A DNA stretch of 64,000 bases from an uncultured Coriobacteriales bacterium. Its GTDB lineage: Bacteria > Actinomycetota > Coriobacteriia > Anaerosomatales > CAVXGS01. Of this stretch, positions 35,860 to 48,711 are shown in pieces; the stretch's first letter is position 1; every line of letters starts with the position of its first letter. The notes under the pieces were generated by a model. The model was given only the letters and a program-made list of their open reading frames with translations. It ran no database searches and was not told the origin of the DNA. Position numbers and translations under genes: made by a program. The stretch is from positions 7,048 to 71,047 of the forward strand of contig CAVXGS010000003.1 in the NCBI GenBank assembly GCA_963761535.1, in the 5' to 3' direction.

Positions 35860-36947
35860 GAGGCTCGGTTCTCGACCGAAACCTGCCCAAGGCCGAGACG
35901 GACGTCGGGTACGCGAACGCGCGCCTGCGCGGCATGAAGGCAAACCTGCTCAAGGGTGCCTTCCTCGACGAGCTGATCGAGGCACCCGACGTGGTGCAGG
36001 CGATCCAGGTGCTGCAGGGGACGTCGTACGGCCCGGACATCGAGGCACAGGTCATCCACGGCCTGACCGCGTCCATGGTCGACGAGGCGCTGAAGGACCA
36101 CGCCGTGCGCGTGTTCCGCAAGGTCTTCGACTTCCTCGATCCCGAGGCGCGCGAGATTCTGACCGTGCTGCTCGGCAGATGGGACGTCTCCAACATCAAG
36201 ACGGTGCTCAGAGGCGCGCAGAACTCGGTGGCGCTGGAGCAGGTCAAGGAGAGCCTTCTGCCTCTCGGCTTCATGTCCGAGACAGAACTCGAGGCGCTGG
36301 CCAGGACGAACGACGTCCATGCGGTCATCGGGACGATGGCGACGTGGGGCATTCCCTACGCCCTCCCACTTCGGGAGGGGTACAGCGAGTACGCGACCAC
36401 CGGCGATCTTGCCGACCTCGAGCTCGCTCTCGACAAGTACTGGGCGGAGTATGCCGCCGAGCAACTCGCCCGTAGGCGCTCGAACTTCCAGATCGCGCGG
36501 AAGATCCTCGCGACGCAGGTCGACGTGCTGAACCTAGTCATGGTGTTCAGGCTGTTGCGCGCCGACGCCCAGTCCGTCCGCGCACAGAGATACTTCCTGA
36601 CCGGCGGGCGCTACATCGGTCCCAAGCTGTTCCTGGAGCTCGCGAACCTCTCGGACGTCGACGAGGTCCTCGACCAACTCAAGAAGACGCCCTATGCCGA
36701 GCCCCTCGACACCGCGGCCCTTCGCTATCTCGAGCTCGGGTCGATCTCGGCGTTCGAGCGTGCGCTCGAGCTGCTGCTCATGCGGCAGGCGCGGCTCACC
36801 GGGGTGCGCGATCCGCAGGGGATCGGTGTCGCGATCTCGTACCTCTACGCCAAACTGAACGAGATCACCAACCTGCGCATCGTGGTGCGCGGCAAGGCGG
36901 TCGGTATGCCGGCGGACCGGGTGAGAGAGGATCTGATCCTTGTATAA
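35856..36947 (+). CDS. atpC: V/A-type ATPase subunit C (d-type)
   Basis: 363 aa. GYANARLRGMKANLL N-terminal motif. Operon position. Confidence 0.87.
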   Translation: MRGSVLDRNLPKAETDVGYANARLRGMKANLLKGAFLDELIEAPDVVQAIQVLQGTSYGPDIEAQVIHGLTASMVDEALKDHAVRVFRKVFDFLDPEAREILTVLLGRWDVSNIKTVLRGAQNSVALEQVKESLLPLGFMSETELEALARTNDVHAVIGTMATWGIPYALPLREGYSEYATTGDLADLELALDKYWAEYAAEQLARRRSNFQIARKILATQVDVLNLVMVFRLLRADAQSVRAQRYFLTGGRYIGPKLFLELANLSDVDEVLDQLKKTPYAEPLDTAALRYLELGSISAFERALELLLMRQARLTGVRDPQGIGVAISYLYAKLNEITNLRIVVRGKAVGMPADRVREDLILV

Positions 36948-37272
36948 GGTCATCGTCATCACCGACACCGAGACTGCCGACGGCTTTCGTCTTGCCGGTT
37001 GCGACGTGCAGGAGGTCGACTCCCCAGAGGACGCGCGGCACACCCTCGCGTCGCTGGTGGACGACGACGAGAGCGGCATCATCGCGGTCAACGAGCATCT
37101 GATGTCCGCGGTCGACGAGCGTCTTCAGAGAAAGATCGACTCCATCTACCGGCCCATCGTCGTGTCGCTGCCGGTTCGGGAGAAACTGCAGGTCGGCGAG
37201 GACCACCGCGCCTACCTCTCGCGCCTCATCCGGCGCGCTATCGGGTTCGACATCACGCTGAGACGAGGGTGA
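36940..37272 (+). CDS. atpF: V/A-type ATPase subunit F
   Basis: 110 aa. [18 protein letters not shown] motif. Its TTG start overlaps the atpC stop. Confidence 0.85.
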   Translation: MYKVIVITDTETADGFRLAGCDVQEVDSPEDARHTLASLVDDDESGIIAVNEHLMSAVDERLQRKIDSIYRPIVVSLPVREKLQVGEDHRAYLSRLIRRAIGFDITLRRG

Positions 37273-37276
37273 GTAC

Positions 37277-39037
37277 ATGATCGCCGGAACCATCCAGAGA
37301 ATCACGGGACCCGTCGTCGTCGCCCAAGGCGTGACCGGCGCGCGTATGTACGACATCGTGCGCGTCGGGTCGGAAGGCCTCATGGGCGAGGTCATCCGCC
37401 TTGAGGGCGACACCGCGACGATCCAGGTCTACGAGGACACCTCCGGTCTCAAGGTCGGAGAGGTCGTCGAATCCACCGAGGGTCCCCTGCTCGTGGAGCT
37501 GGGCCCCGGTCTGCTGACGTCGATCTACGACGGCGTTCAGCGCCCGCTTCCCGTGGTTGCCGCCGAGAGCGGTGACTTCATCGAGCGCGGAACGGTCGCC
37601 TCGGCGCTCGACCGCGAGAAGCTGTGGTCGTTCACGCCCACCGTCGCCGTAGGCGACGAGGTCGGAGCCGGCGACGTGCTGGGCACGATCCCCGAGGGCA
37701 AGACGATCATCCACAAGGTCATGGTCCCGCCCAGGACTGCTGGCGGAAAGATCGCCTCGATCATCTCGGCGGGCGACTACAACGTGGACACCACGGTCGC
37801 CACGCTCGAGGACGGTACCGAGATCAAGATGGCGCAGTGGTGGCCCGTCCGTGAGGGACGACCCTACATCAACAAGATGGACCCGACCACGCCGTTCACC
37901 ACCGGCATGCGCATCCTCGACACGTTCTTCCCGATCGCTCTGGGCGGCAACGCGATCATCCCGGGCGGTTTCGGAACCGGGAAGACCGTCACCCAGCAGT
38001 CGCTCGCGAAGTGGGCCGACGTCGACATCATCTGCTACATCGGCTGCGGCGAGCGCGGCAACGAGATGACCGAGGTGCTCACCGAGTTCCCGCACCTCGA
38101 AGACCCGCGCAACGACGCGCCCCTGATGGACCGCACGATTCTCGTCGCGAACACCTCAAACATGCCGGTTGCGGCGCGCGAAGCCTCCATCTACGTGGGC
38201 GCCACGCTGGCCGAGTTCTACCGCGACATGGGCTACAACGTGGCCGATGATGGCCGACTCCACGTCCCGCTGGGGCGAGGCGCTACGAGAGGTCTCCGGT
38301 CGCCTCGAGGAGATGCCGGGTGAGGAAGGCTATCCTGCGTACCTTGCGACCCGACTCGCTGCCTTCTACGAGAGAAGCGGCCGCGTGAAGCCGCTCGGCA
38401 GCGACGACGACGATCGGATCGGATCCGTCACGATGGTCGGCGCCGTGTCGCCGGCCGGCGGTGACATGTCCGAGCCGATGACGCAGAACTCCCTGCGAGT
38501 CACCGGCGCCTTCTGGGCGCTCGACACCTCGCTGGCCCACCGCCGCCACTTCCCCGCGATCAGCTGGACCAAGAGCTACACGCTGTTCCTCGGCCAGGTG
38601 CGCGGGTGGTACGAGAAGAACGTCGCCGAGGACTGGCAGGACTACCGCGACAAGGCGATGTCAGTGCTCCAGAAGGAGACCGAACTCCAAGAGATCGTGC
38701 AGCTGGTCGGTCCGGACGCGCTGCCGGAGTCCGAGAAGTTGATCCTCGAGATCGCCCGAATGCTTCGCGAGGACTTCCTCCAGCAGTTCGCGTTCGACGC
38801 AGTTGACGCCTACTGCCCGCCGGAGAAGGCGTACTGGCTGCTGCGCACGATCCAGACGCTCTCGGACGCTTCGACATCCGCGCTGAACCGCGGCGTCGCG
38901 CTCCGCGAGATCCTCGATCTCCCGATCCGGGATGAGATCGCAACACTCAAGACCACACCTCACGAGGAGGCGCTCGAGCGCATGCCCGTGATGTGCCAGG
39001 AGATAACCGAACAGATCGCTGGAATCGAGGTGTACTG

Positions 39038-39038
<1 letters not shown>
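37277..39038 (+). pseudogene. atpA: V/A-type ATPase catalytic subunit A, interrupted by a single extra base at about 38246 (pseudogene or assembly error)
   Basis: ORF 37277..38323 (Walker [10 protein letters not shown]) runs in frame to ...GYNVA. ORF 38169..39038 continues as [33 protein letters not shown] one base later. Deleting one nt restores the conserved [12 protein letters not shown] block. Confidence 0.9.
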
Positions 39039-40708
<1,670 letters not shown>

Positions 40709-40732
40709 CGATACGACGAGGCGAGGAGCCCG

Positions 40733-41380
40733 ATGGAGGAAGTACGCCCAACTAGAGCGGAACTGCTCGAACGTCGCGCGCAGATCCAGCTCGCGCAACA
40801 GGGCATGGACCTGCTGAAGCAGAAGCGCGACGCGCTGCTGATCGAGTTCATGGGCGTCATGGACGAGACGCTGCGTCTCTCGGACTCCCTGCAGAGGACT
40901 GTGTCCGAGGGCCAGTACTCGCTCGTGGTCGCGAAGGCGGTCGACGGCTCGGTCGCGCTTCGCTCGGCGGGCCTGGCGTGCTCGGGAGAGATCGTCGTGG
41001 ACATGTCCGGTACCAAGATCATGGGTGTCTCGGTGCCGGTGGTGACCAAGGGCGAGAGCCCGATCCGCACGTCGTTCACTCGTGGGTACTCGGTGACCGG
41101 CGTTTCGTCCCGAGTCGACGAGACCGCCGACAAGTTCGAGCGGATACTCGACGTGATCATCGAGTACGCCGACATCGAGACGCGGCTCAAGCGACTGGGC
41201 GAGGAGATCAACAAGACGAACCGCCGAGTGAACGCGTTGGAGCAGATCACGGTGCCGCAGCTGCGGGAGCAGGTCAGCTACATCAGCCAGACGCTCGACG
41301 AGCGCGCGCGCGAGGACCTGTTCCGCCTGAAGAAGGTCAAGAAGAAGATCGAGAAGAAGAAGCAGGCCCAGCGCGCGTAG
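40733..41380 (+). CDS. atpD: V/A-type ATPase subunit D (central stalk)
   Basis: 215 aa. PTRAELLERRAQIQLAQQGMDLLKQKRDAL and a C-terminal coiled coil. Confidence 0.9.
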   Translation: MEEVRPTRAELLERRAQIQLAQQGMDLLKQKRDALLIEFMGVMDETLRLSDSLQRTVSEGQYSLVVAKAVDGSVALRSAGLACSGEIVVDMSGTKIMGVSVPVVTKGESPIRTSFTRGYSVTGVSSRVDETADKFERILDVIIEYADIETRLKRLGEEINKTNRRVNALEQITVPQLREQVSYISQTLDERAREDLFRLKKVKKKIEKKKQAQRA

Positions 41381-41409
41381 AACGCGCTGCCGTCATCGAA
41401 GCCAAGCGA

Positions 41410-41435
41410 AACGGCCCCGGAGCTCCGGGGCCGTT
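41410..41435. terminator. Bidirectional hairpin terminator between atpD (+) and the orphan gene (-)
   Basis: 26-nt perfect palindrome AACGGCCCCGGAG/CTCCGGGGCCGTT between convergent genes. Confidence 0.6.
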
Positions 41436-41496
41436 CGTGTTCACGGACGGCGTCCGCCGGGCCATGCCGCGCGATGCGGACGGCAGCGGTTTCGGA

Positions 41497-41877
41497 CTAC
41501 GCGCCGGCCTCGCCGACGGCGCCCTCCTCGGGCACGATCGGCTCGGCGCCCAGGATCGCGGCGATCTCGCGCAGGATCTCGACCTGGTTGCGGGCGTGTC
41601 GCCGCAGCTGGCTCGAGAGCGTCAGGATGCGAACGACATCGCCCATCGTCATCCTGCCGAAGTGGAGATCCTCCCAGTCGGCTCGCGCGACGTACTTCCA
41701 CACCTCGCCCAAGGCCCAGTCGAGTTCCTCGATCTCGTCCTCGTTCAGGTCCTTCCACGCAGGTCCCAGACCGTGGCGGAGGCGCTCCATCGCGCGCTCG
41801 ACCGCCTTGGCCTTCTTGACCTTGAACGCGCGCATGCCGAGTTCTTCGTCGGTGACGTCGGGCCTGTTCTGGTACAT
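41497..41877 (-). CDS. Hypothetical protein (126 aa), no family recognised
   Basis: Distal part of ORF 41497..42378. ATG (MYQNRPDVTDEELG...) preceded by AAGGGGG. The upstream part of the long ORF looks non-coding (Arg/Pro/Gly shadow composition). Confidence 0.5.
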   Translation of the reverse strand: MYQNRPDVTDEELGMRAFKVKKAKAVERAMERLRHGLGPAWKDLNEDEIEELDWALGEVWKYVARADWEDLHFGRMTMGDVVRILTLSSQLRRHARNQVEILREIAAILGAEPIVPEEGAVGEAGA

Positions 41878-42054
41878 GCTGGCGCACCCCCTTCGCACGC
41901 TGTGTTCGACGCCCGCAGGCTCCATCCTGCCGAGGCGGACCACCCTGCCCGCGCAGCGCGTGCGAGCGGGGCCCGGCCGACGCTGGCGAGGCGCGGCTCG
42001 AGCTGGTTCGGATAGAATCGACGGACAGGTGAACCGCGATCGAAAAGGGGCGTC

Positions 42055-42570
42055 GTGGAGTTCTCGGAGGTCATAGCGAAGCGCCGGAGCGTCCGCCATT
42101 TCAAGGCCGATGCCGAGGTCTCTGAACAACAGATCCGTGCCATCCTCGACGCGGCGATCGCGGCGCCCACCGCAGGCAACATCCAGCCGTGGCGCTTCAC
42201 GGTCGTGCGCACCCTGGACGCGCGCGAACGCCTCGCCAAGGCGCTGCGGCAGCGCTGGGCGACCGCCGCGCCGGTCGTCATCGTGGTGTCGGTGGATCCG
42301 CGGCCGTGCTCCGCGCGCTACGGGGACCGGGGCGAGCGGCTCTACGCGATCCAGGACACGGCCGCGGCGGTCGAGCACATGTTGCTCGCGGCGGTCGACC
42401 TCGGGCTCGCGTCGTGCTGGATCGGAGCGTTCGACGACGACGCGGTCCGCGACGCGATCGGCCAGCAGGCGCCCATCACTCCGGTCGCGGTGCTGCCCAT
42501 CGGGTACTCGGCGGAGTTCTCGGGCAGACCGGCCCGGCGACCGCTGTCCGAAGTGACGATGTGGATCTAG
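42055..42570 (+). CDS. Nitroreductase-family flavoprotein
   Basis: KRRSVRHFK...APTAGNIQPWRF motifs. 171 aa. Confidence 0.85.
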   Translation: MEFSEVIAKRRSVRHFKADAEVSEQQIRAILDAAIAAPTAGNIQPWRFTVVRTLDARERLAKALRQRWATAAPVVIVVSVDPRPCSARYGDRGERLYAIQDTAAAVEHMLLAAVDLGLASCWIGAFDDDAVRDAIGQQAPITPVAVLPIGYSAEFSGRPARRPLSEVTMWI

Positions 42571-42587
42571 CCCCTGGGGACCGCCCG

Positions 42588-43247
42588 ATGAGCCTGGGTA
42601 CGTCGTCGCTCGAGGAGCTTCGCGAACTCGTCGGTGATTGTCACCGGTGCGCGCTCGGTGACACGCGTTCGTCCCTCGTGTTCGGGGTCGGGGACCCTCA
42701 CGCGCGGGTGATGTTCATCGGCGAGGCTCCGGGGCGCAACGAAGACCTCCAGGGCGAGCCGTTCGTGGGCGCCGCAGGCAAGTTCCTCGACGAACTGTTG
42801 GGCGAGGCGGGCCTGCGCCGAGACGAGGTCTACATCGCCAACGTGCTGAAGTGCCGGCCGCCCCGCAACCGCGACCCGCTGCCCGAGGAGATCGAGACCT
42901 GCACGCCGTTCTTGCGCGAGCAGATCAGGGTGATCTCGCCGCAGGTGCTGGTCACGCTCGGCAACTTCGCGACGAAGTTCGTCCTCAAGACAGACACCGG
43001 CATCACGCGCCTTCACGGGGCGCCGCAGCGAGCGGGGCGCTTCGTCGTGCTCCCAAGCTTTCACCCTGCGGCGGCGCTCTACGATCGCAGCAAGCAGGAC
43101 GCGTTGCGTGAGGACTTCCGCAAGCTGGGCCAGCTGCTCGATTCGCTGCCCGATCGCGCGGCAGCGGAGGAGCCGGCTGGGCGGTCGACGGCGACAACGG
43201 GGGAGCCGGGACACATCGAAGACGCGGAGCAAGGGACGCTGTTCTGA
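42588..43247 (+). CDS. Uracil-DNA glycosylase, family 4 (Fe-S type)
   Basis: ORF 42189..43247, trimmed to ATG 42588. CHRCAL, GEAPGRNEDLQGEPFVGAAG, NVLKCRPP, SFHPAA motifs. Confidence 0.88.
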   Translation: MSLGTSSLEELRELVGDCHRCALGDTRSSLVFGVGDPHARVMFIGEAPGRNEDLQGEPFVGAAGKFLDELLGEAGLRRDEVYIANVLKCRPPRNRDPLPEEIETCTPFLREQIRVISPQVLVTLGNFATKFVLKTDTGITRLHGAPQRAGRFVVLPSFHPAAALYDRSKQDALREDFRKLGQLLDSLPDRAAAEEPAGRSTATTGEPGHIEDAEQGTLF

Positions 43248-43248
43248 C

Positions 43249-43767
43249 ATGCATGCCGCCGACGCAGCGCGCCTCACGATCGTGACCCGACACGCGGCCG
43301 CCACCGAGGCGGTGGGCGAGCAGCTGGGCGCGCTCGTCGAGGCCAACGACGTCCTCCTGCTCTCGGGCGACCTGGGTGCGGGGAAGACCCAGCTGACCAA
43401 GGGCCTCGCCGTCGGTCTCGGCGTCGTGGAGCCGGTCACCAGTCCCACCTTCAACATCATGCTCGTCCACGAGGGACGTCTAGCGCTCTACCACATCGAC
43501 CTGTACCGGCTCGACACCGCCGATCAGCTCGAGGAGATCGGCTACTCCGACGCGATCGAGGGCGAGGGGGTCGCCGCCGTCGAGTGGGGCGACCGATTCC
43601 CCGAGGCGCGCCCCGCCGAGGCCGTCGAGATCGGACTCCACATCGCGGGCGACGAAGAACGGCGCATCGAAGTGGTCGGCAACGGTCCGCGAGGCCGGGA
43701 ACTCGTCGCGGCGCTCGCGCAGCGCATCGCCGGGATCGAGGGAGCCACCATGGAGGGGGACGCGTGA
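43249..43767 (+). CDS. tsaE: tRNA t6A37 biosynthesis ATPase TsaE
   Basis: ORF 43108..43767, trimmed to ATG 43249. LSGDLGAGKTQLTKG P-loop, SPTFNI, HIDLYRL motifs. Confidence 0.88.
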   Translation: MHAADAARLTIVTRHAAATEAVGEQLGALVEANDVLLLSGDLGAGKTQLTKGLAVGLGVVEPVTSPTFNIMLVHEGRLALYHIDLYRLDTADQLEEIGYSDAIEGEGVAAVEWGDRFPEARPAEAVEIGLHIAGDEERRIEVVGNGPRGRELVAALAQRIAGIEGATMEGDA

Positions 43768-44627
43768 GACGCCTCGTCCTCGCGTGCGACACGGCGACCG
43801 AGACGACCGCGGTCGGTGTGGGGCGGTACGGTCCGAGCGGTGTCGAGGTGCTGGCCGCGTGCGACACGGACGCACCACGCGCGGCGATGTCGCGACTGCT
43901 GCCGTGCGTCGAAGACGTGCTCGCGTCGCTGTCGCTCGCGCCTGCGGACCTCGACGAGGTCGTGGTCGGCAGGGGACCTGGCTCGTTCACCGGCGTCCGC
44001 ATCGGCGTCGCGACCGCCAAGGGGCTCGCGCATGGCGCGGGGATACCGCTGTACGGCGTGGGAACGCTCGATGCGATCGCATGGCGCATCGCCGAGGACC
44101 TCGCGTCTCGGCCGGGCGAGTGGCCCGCGGCTCTGGGCGACGGACCGGTCGCGCTGGGCGTGGTGGGCGACGCGATGCGCGGTGAGGTGTATCCCGCGCG
44201 CTTCGAACTCAGCGGAGGTCGCGCACGGCGGCTCGAAGTGGACCGGGTGGCGAAACCCGATGACCTGGTCGCCGAATGGGCGGCAGCCGACACGCCGCTC
44301 CTGCTCGCGGGCAACGGCCTGCACAAGTACCGCGCGCGCTTCGCCGAAGGGCTCGCAGAGCGCGGCACCTTCGTCCCTACAGGGCTGTGGTCGCCCTCGG
44401 GAGCGGGCCTGCTGCTCGCGTACGCCGGCGCGCTCGAGAGCGGGGCAGACGTCGGTACCGGCGAGCCCGGTGCGCTGCTCCCCGTCTACACGCGCCTCTC
44501 CGATGCCGAGGAGGCCGAACGCGCCCGGGCGGGCGCGCCCGTCGCGCCGCCCGCAAGTGGCGTCAGCGGACCGGGAGCGGGCGAGGAGCCGAAGCCCCGC
44601 TCGGGTCGCGAGGGGGAGTCGCGATGA
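43764..44627 (+). CDS. tsaB: tRNA t6A37 biosynthesis protein TsaB
   Basis: ORF 43584..44627, trimmed to GTG 43764 (GTGA overlap with tsaE). VLACDTATE...GRGPGSFTGVRIGVATAKG. Confidence 0.85.
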   Translation: MRRLVLACDTATETTAVGVGRYGPSGVEVLAACDTDAPRAAMSRLLPCVEDVLASLSLAPADLDEVVVGRGPGSFTGVRIGVATAKGLAHGAGIPLYGVGTLDAIAWRIAEDLASRPGEWPAALGDGPVALGVVGDAMRGEVYPARFELSGGRARRLEVDRVAKPDDLVAEWAAADTPLLLAGNGLHKYRARFAEGLAERGTFVPTGLWSPSGAGLLLAYAGALESGADVGTGEPGALLPVYTRLSDAEEAERARAGAPVAPPASGVSGPGAGEEPKPRSGREGESR

Positions 44628-46138
44628 CCGTGCGTCTGCGCCCGATGAGTGCCACCGATCTCGTGGCAGTCATGGGCATCGAGGCGCTGACCTTCCCGTC
44701 CCCGTGGACCCACGGGGTGTTCTCGGACGAGCTGGCCGCCCACAATCGGGCATGGCTGGTCGCGGAGGACGAGGGCGAGATCCTGGGCTATGGCGGGATC
44801 ATGATCGTCGACGACGAGGCACACCTGATGAACATCGCGGTGCGGGACGACGCGCGCGGGCACGGCATCGGACGGTCGTTGCTCAGGCAGCTGCTCGACA
44901 CCGCCGCCGAGATGGGCGCCCTTCGGGTCACCCTCGAGGTCCGCGAAGGCAACACCGGGGCCATCGCCCTGTATCAGGCGGAAGGCCTTCACGCAGTGGG
45001 CCTGCGCCCCGGCTACTACGCGGATTCCAGCGAGGACGCGGTGATCATGTGGGGCGACCTGGGCGCTCGGGCATCACGAGAGCCGCAGAAGATCCACATC
45101 CGCACGCCGGGGCAAGAGGTCATCCTCGCGGTCGAGACCTCGTGCGACGAGACGGCTGCCGCGGTAATGCGCGGAGGTCGCGAGCTGCTCTCCAGCGTGG
45201 TCGCGAGTCAGGTCGACTTCCACGCTCGATTCGGCGGCGTGGTGCCCGAGATCGCGAGCCGCAAGCACACCGAGGCGATCGTCGGTGTGGTCGACGAGGC
45301 GCTCGAGCAAGCCGGCCTGACGCTCGGTGAGATCGACGCCCTCGCGGTCACCTACGGGCCCGGCCTTGTCGGAGCGCTGGTCGTTGGGCTGGCGTACGCC
45401 AAGGGGCTCGCCTTCGCGACCGGGCTCCCGCTCGTGGGCGTGAACCACCTCGAGGGCCACATCTTCGCCGCCGTGCTCGCCGACGCCGAGGTCCGTCCAC
45501 CATTGGTGGCGCTCGTGGTCTCGGGCGGGCATACGTCGCTCGTGCACATGCCTGAGTGGGGCGTGTACGAGACGATGGGAGAGACACTCGATGACGCGGC
45601 CGGCGAGGCGTTCGACAAGGTCGCGAAGGTCCTCGGCCTCGGCTACCCCGGCGGCCCGGTGATCTCCCGCCTCGCCGAGGAGGGCGATTCCGCTGCCATC
45701 GACTTCCCCAGGGCCATGCTGCACTCCGGCGACTACAGGTTCTCGCTCTCCGGCCTCAAGACGGCTGTGATCAACTACATCCGCCACGAGCAGGAGGCCG
45801 GCCGCGACGTCCACGCCCCGAACGTCGCGGCCTCCTTCCAGCAGGCGGTGATCGACGTGCAGGTAGCCAAGGCCGTCCGCGCGGTCGAGGAGACAGGCGT
45901 GCGCCGGTTCGTGATGGCCGGCGGCGTGGCGGCGAACCCCGCTCTGCGCGGGGCGCTTACGGAGGCGATGGAGGGCCGGGGGGTGGCGGTGACGGTCCCG
46001 CCGGTGTCGCTGTGCACGGACAACGCGGCCATGATCGCCGCCGCGGCGCACTTCCGCTTTCTCCGCGGGCACCTGCTCGATCTCGACGCCGAAGCCGACC
46101 CGGCACTTCGGCTGGACACACCGGCGGCGCAGGCGTAG
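44624..46138 (+). CDS. tsaD: Single ORF fusing RimI-type N-acetyltransferase (N-terminal ~150 aa) to tRNA N6-adenosine threonylcarbamoyltransferase TsaD
   Basis: ORF 44276..46138, trimmed to ATG 44624 (ATGA overlap with tsaB). GNAT motif (IAVRDDARGHGIGRSLL), then a linker, then ILAVETSCDETAAAV...GVNHLEGH with no stop and no ATG, GTG or TTG at the junction. Confidence 0.85.
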   Translation: MTVRLRPMSATDLVAVMGIEALTFPSPWTHGVFSDELAAHNRAWLVAEDEGEILGYGGIMIVDDEAHLMNIAVRDDARGHGIGRSLLRQLLDTAAEMGALRVTLEVREGNTGAIALYQAEGLHAVGLRPGYYADSSEDAVIMWGDLGARASREPQKIHIRTPGQEVILAVETSCDETAAAVMRGGRELLSSVVASQVDFHARFGGVVPEIASRKHTEAIVGVVDEALEQAGLTLGEIDALAVTYGPGLVGALVVGLAYAKGLAFATGLPLVGVNHLEGHIFAAVLADAEVRPPLVALVVSGGHTSLVHMPEWGVYETMGETLDDAAGEAFDKVAKVLGLGYPGGPVISRLAEEGDSAAIDFPRAMLHSGDYRFSLSGLKTAVINYIRHEQEAGRDVHAPNVAASFQQAVIDVQVAKAVRAVEETGVRRFVMAGGVAANPALRGALTEAMEGRGVAVTVPPVSLCTDNAAMIAAAAHFRFLRGHLLDLDAEADPALRLDTPAAQA

Positions 46139-46232
46139 GCAGGCCCACAACTCGGGTCGGCGACGCGATTCGCCGCTCGGAATCTGAGCGTCACGCCATC
46201 AACCCTCGGCGCAAAATACCTGCTCACGGTGG

Positions 46233-46261
46233 TTGCACTCCGGGGGCGTGATGGCTATCAT
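46233..46261 (+). promoter_or_regulatory. Putative groES promoter (TTGCAC-17 nt-TATCAT)
   Basis: Hexamers read from the sequence immediately upstream of the CIRCE-like repeat. Confidence 0.45.
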
Positions 46262-46269
46262 CACCTCTG

Positions 46270-46296
46270 CTAGCAGTCTCCACCTAGGAGTGCCAG
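46270..46296 (+). promoter_or_regulatory. CIRCE-like HrcA operator (CTAGCAGTC-N9-GAGTGCCAG)
   Basis: Inverted repeat with 9-nt spacing, resembling the consensus TTAGCACTC-N9-GAGTGCTAA. Located upstream of groES. Confidence 0.65.
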
Positions 46297-46432
46297 CACG
46301 GGGAGATCTCGAACGACAAGCCTGGGCCGGGATGGGTATGTACCTGCTCGGCAGCACAACCGTCGCACGACAATCCCCGCGTGAAATGTACCGTCGCAAG
46401 TCATGTCAGTGCACGTCGTAGGAGGGAAGCAC

Positions 46433-46726
46433 ATGAATCTGAAGCCGCTGGGCGATCGCGTCATCGTCAAGCCGGCGAAGGCCGAGGAGGAGACCAAATT
46501 CGGCCTCGTCATTCCCGAAACCGCCAAGGAGAAGCCCCAGAAGGGCACCGTGATCGCGGTGGGTGAGGGCAAGTGGGACGAAGACGGCGAGCGGCGCATC
46601 GCGCCCGACGTCAAGGTTGGCGACACCGTCATCTACAGCAAGTACGGCGGAACCGAGGTCAAGATCGAGGGTGAGGAGCACCTCCTGCTCCGCGCCGACG
46701 ACATCTACGCGATCGTCGAGGAGTAG
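46433..46726 (+). CDS. groES: Co-chaperonin GroES
   Basis: ORF 46403..46726, trimmed to ATG 46433 ([14 protein letters not shown]) after GGAGGG. Confidence 0.95.
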   Translation: MNLKPLGDRVIVKPAKAEEETKFGLVIPETAKEKPQKGTVIAVGEGKWDEDGERRIAPDVKVGDTVIYSKYGGTEVKIEGEEHLLLRADDIYAIVEE

Positions 46727-48445
<1,719 letters not shown>

Positions 48446-48525
48446 CGGTTCCTGCCATGGTCTGCGTGCGGCTGCGCAGGTACGATCGAGCGGCCGTACG
48501 AAGGTAGCGCTTCACGCGCAACACG

Positions 48526-48552
48526 AGAGGCCCCGGTTCGCCGGGGCCTCTT
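48526..48552 (+). terminator. Hairpin terminator after groEL
   Basis: 11-bp GC stem AGAGGCCCCGG/CCGGGGCCTCT with loop TTCG. The U-tract is short. Confidence 0.6.
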
Positions 48553-48711
48553 CGCGTCCTTCGCGACCGGGCGGCGCGCCGGTCGTGCTCTCGCGGGGTC
48601 AAGCTGCCGACACTTCACGACGATAAACCTCCCTGAAGGGCCGCTTCGGCGGCCTCGAGTCCGTGCGGGCGCGCGCCGAGACGCGGTCGGCGCAGTGGGA
48701 GGGAATCAGAG

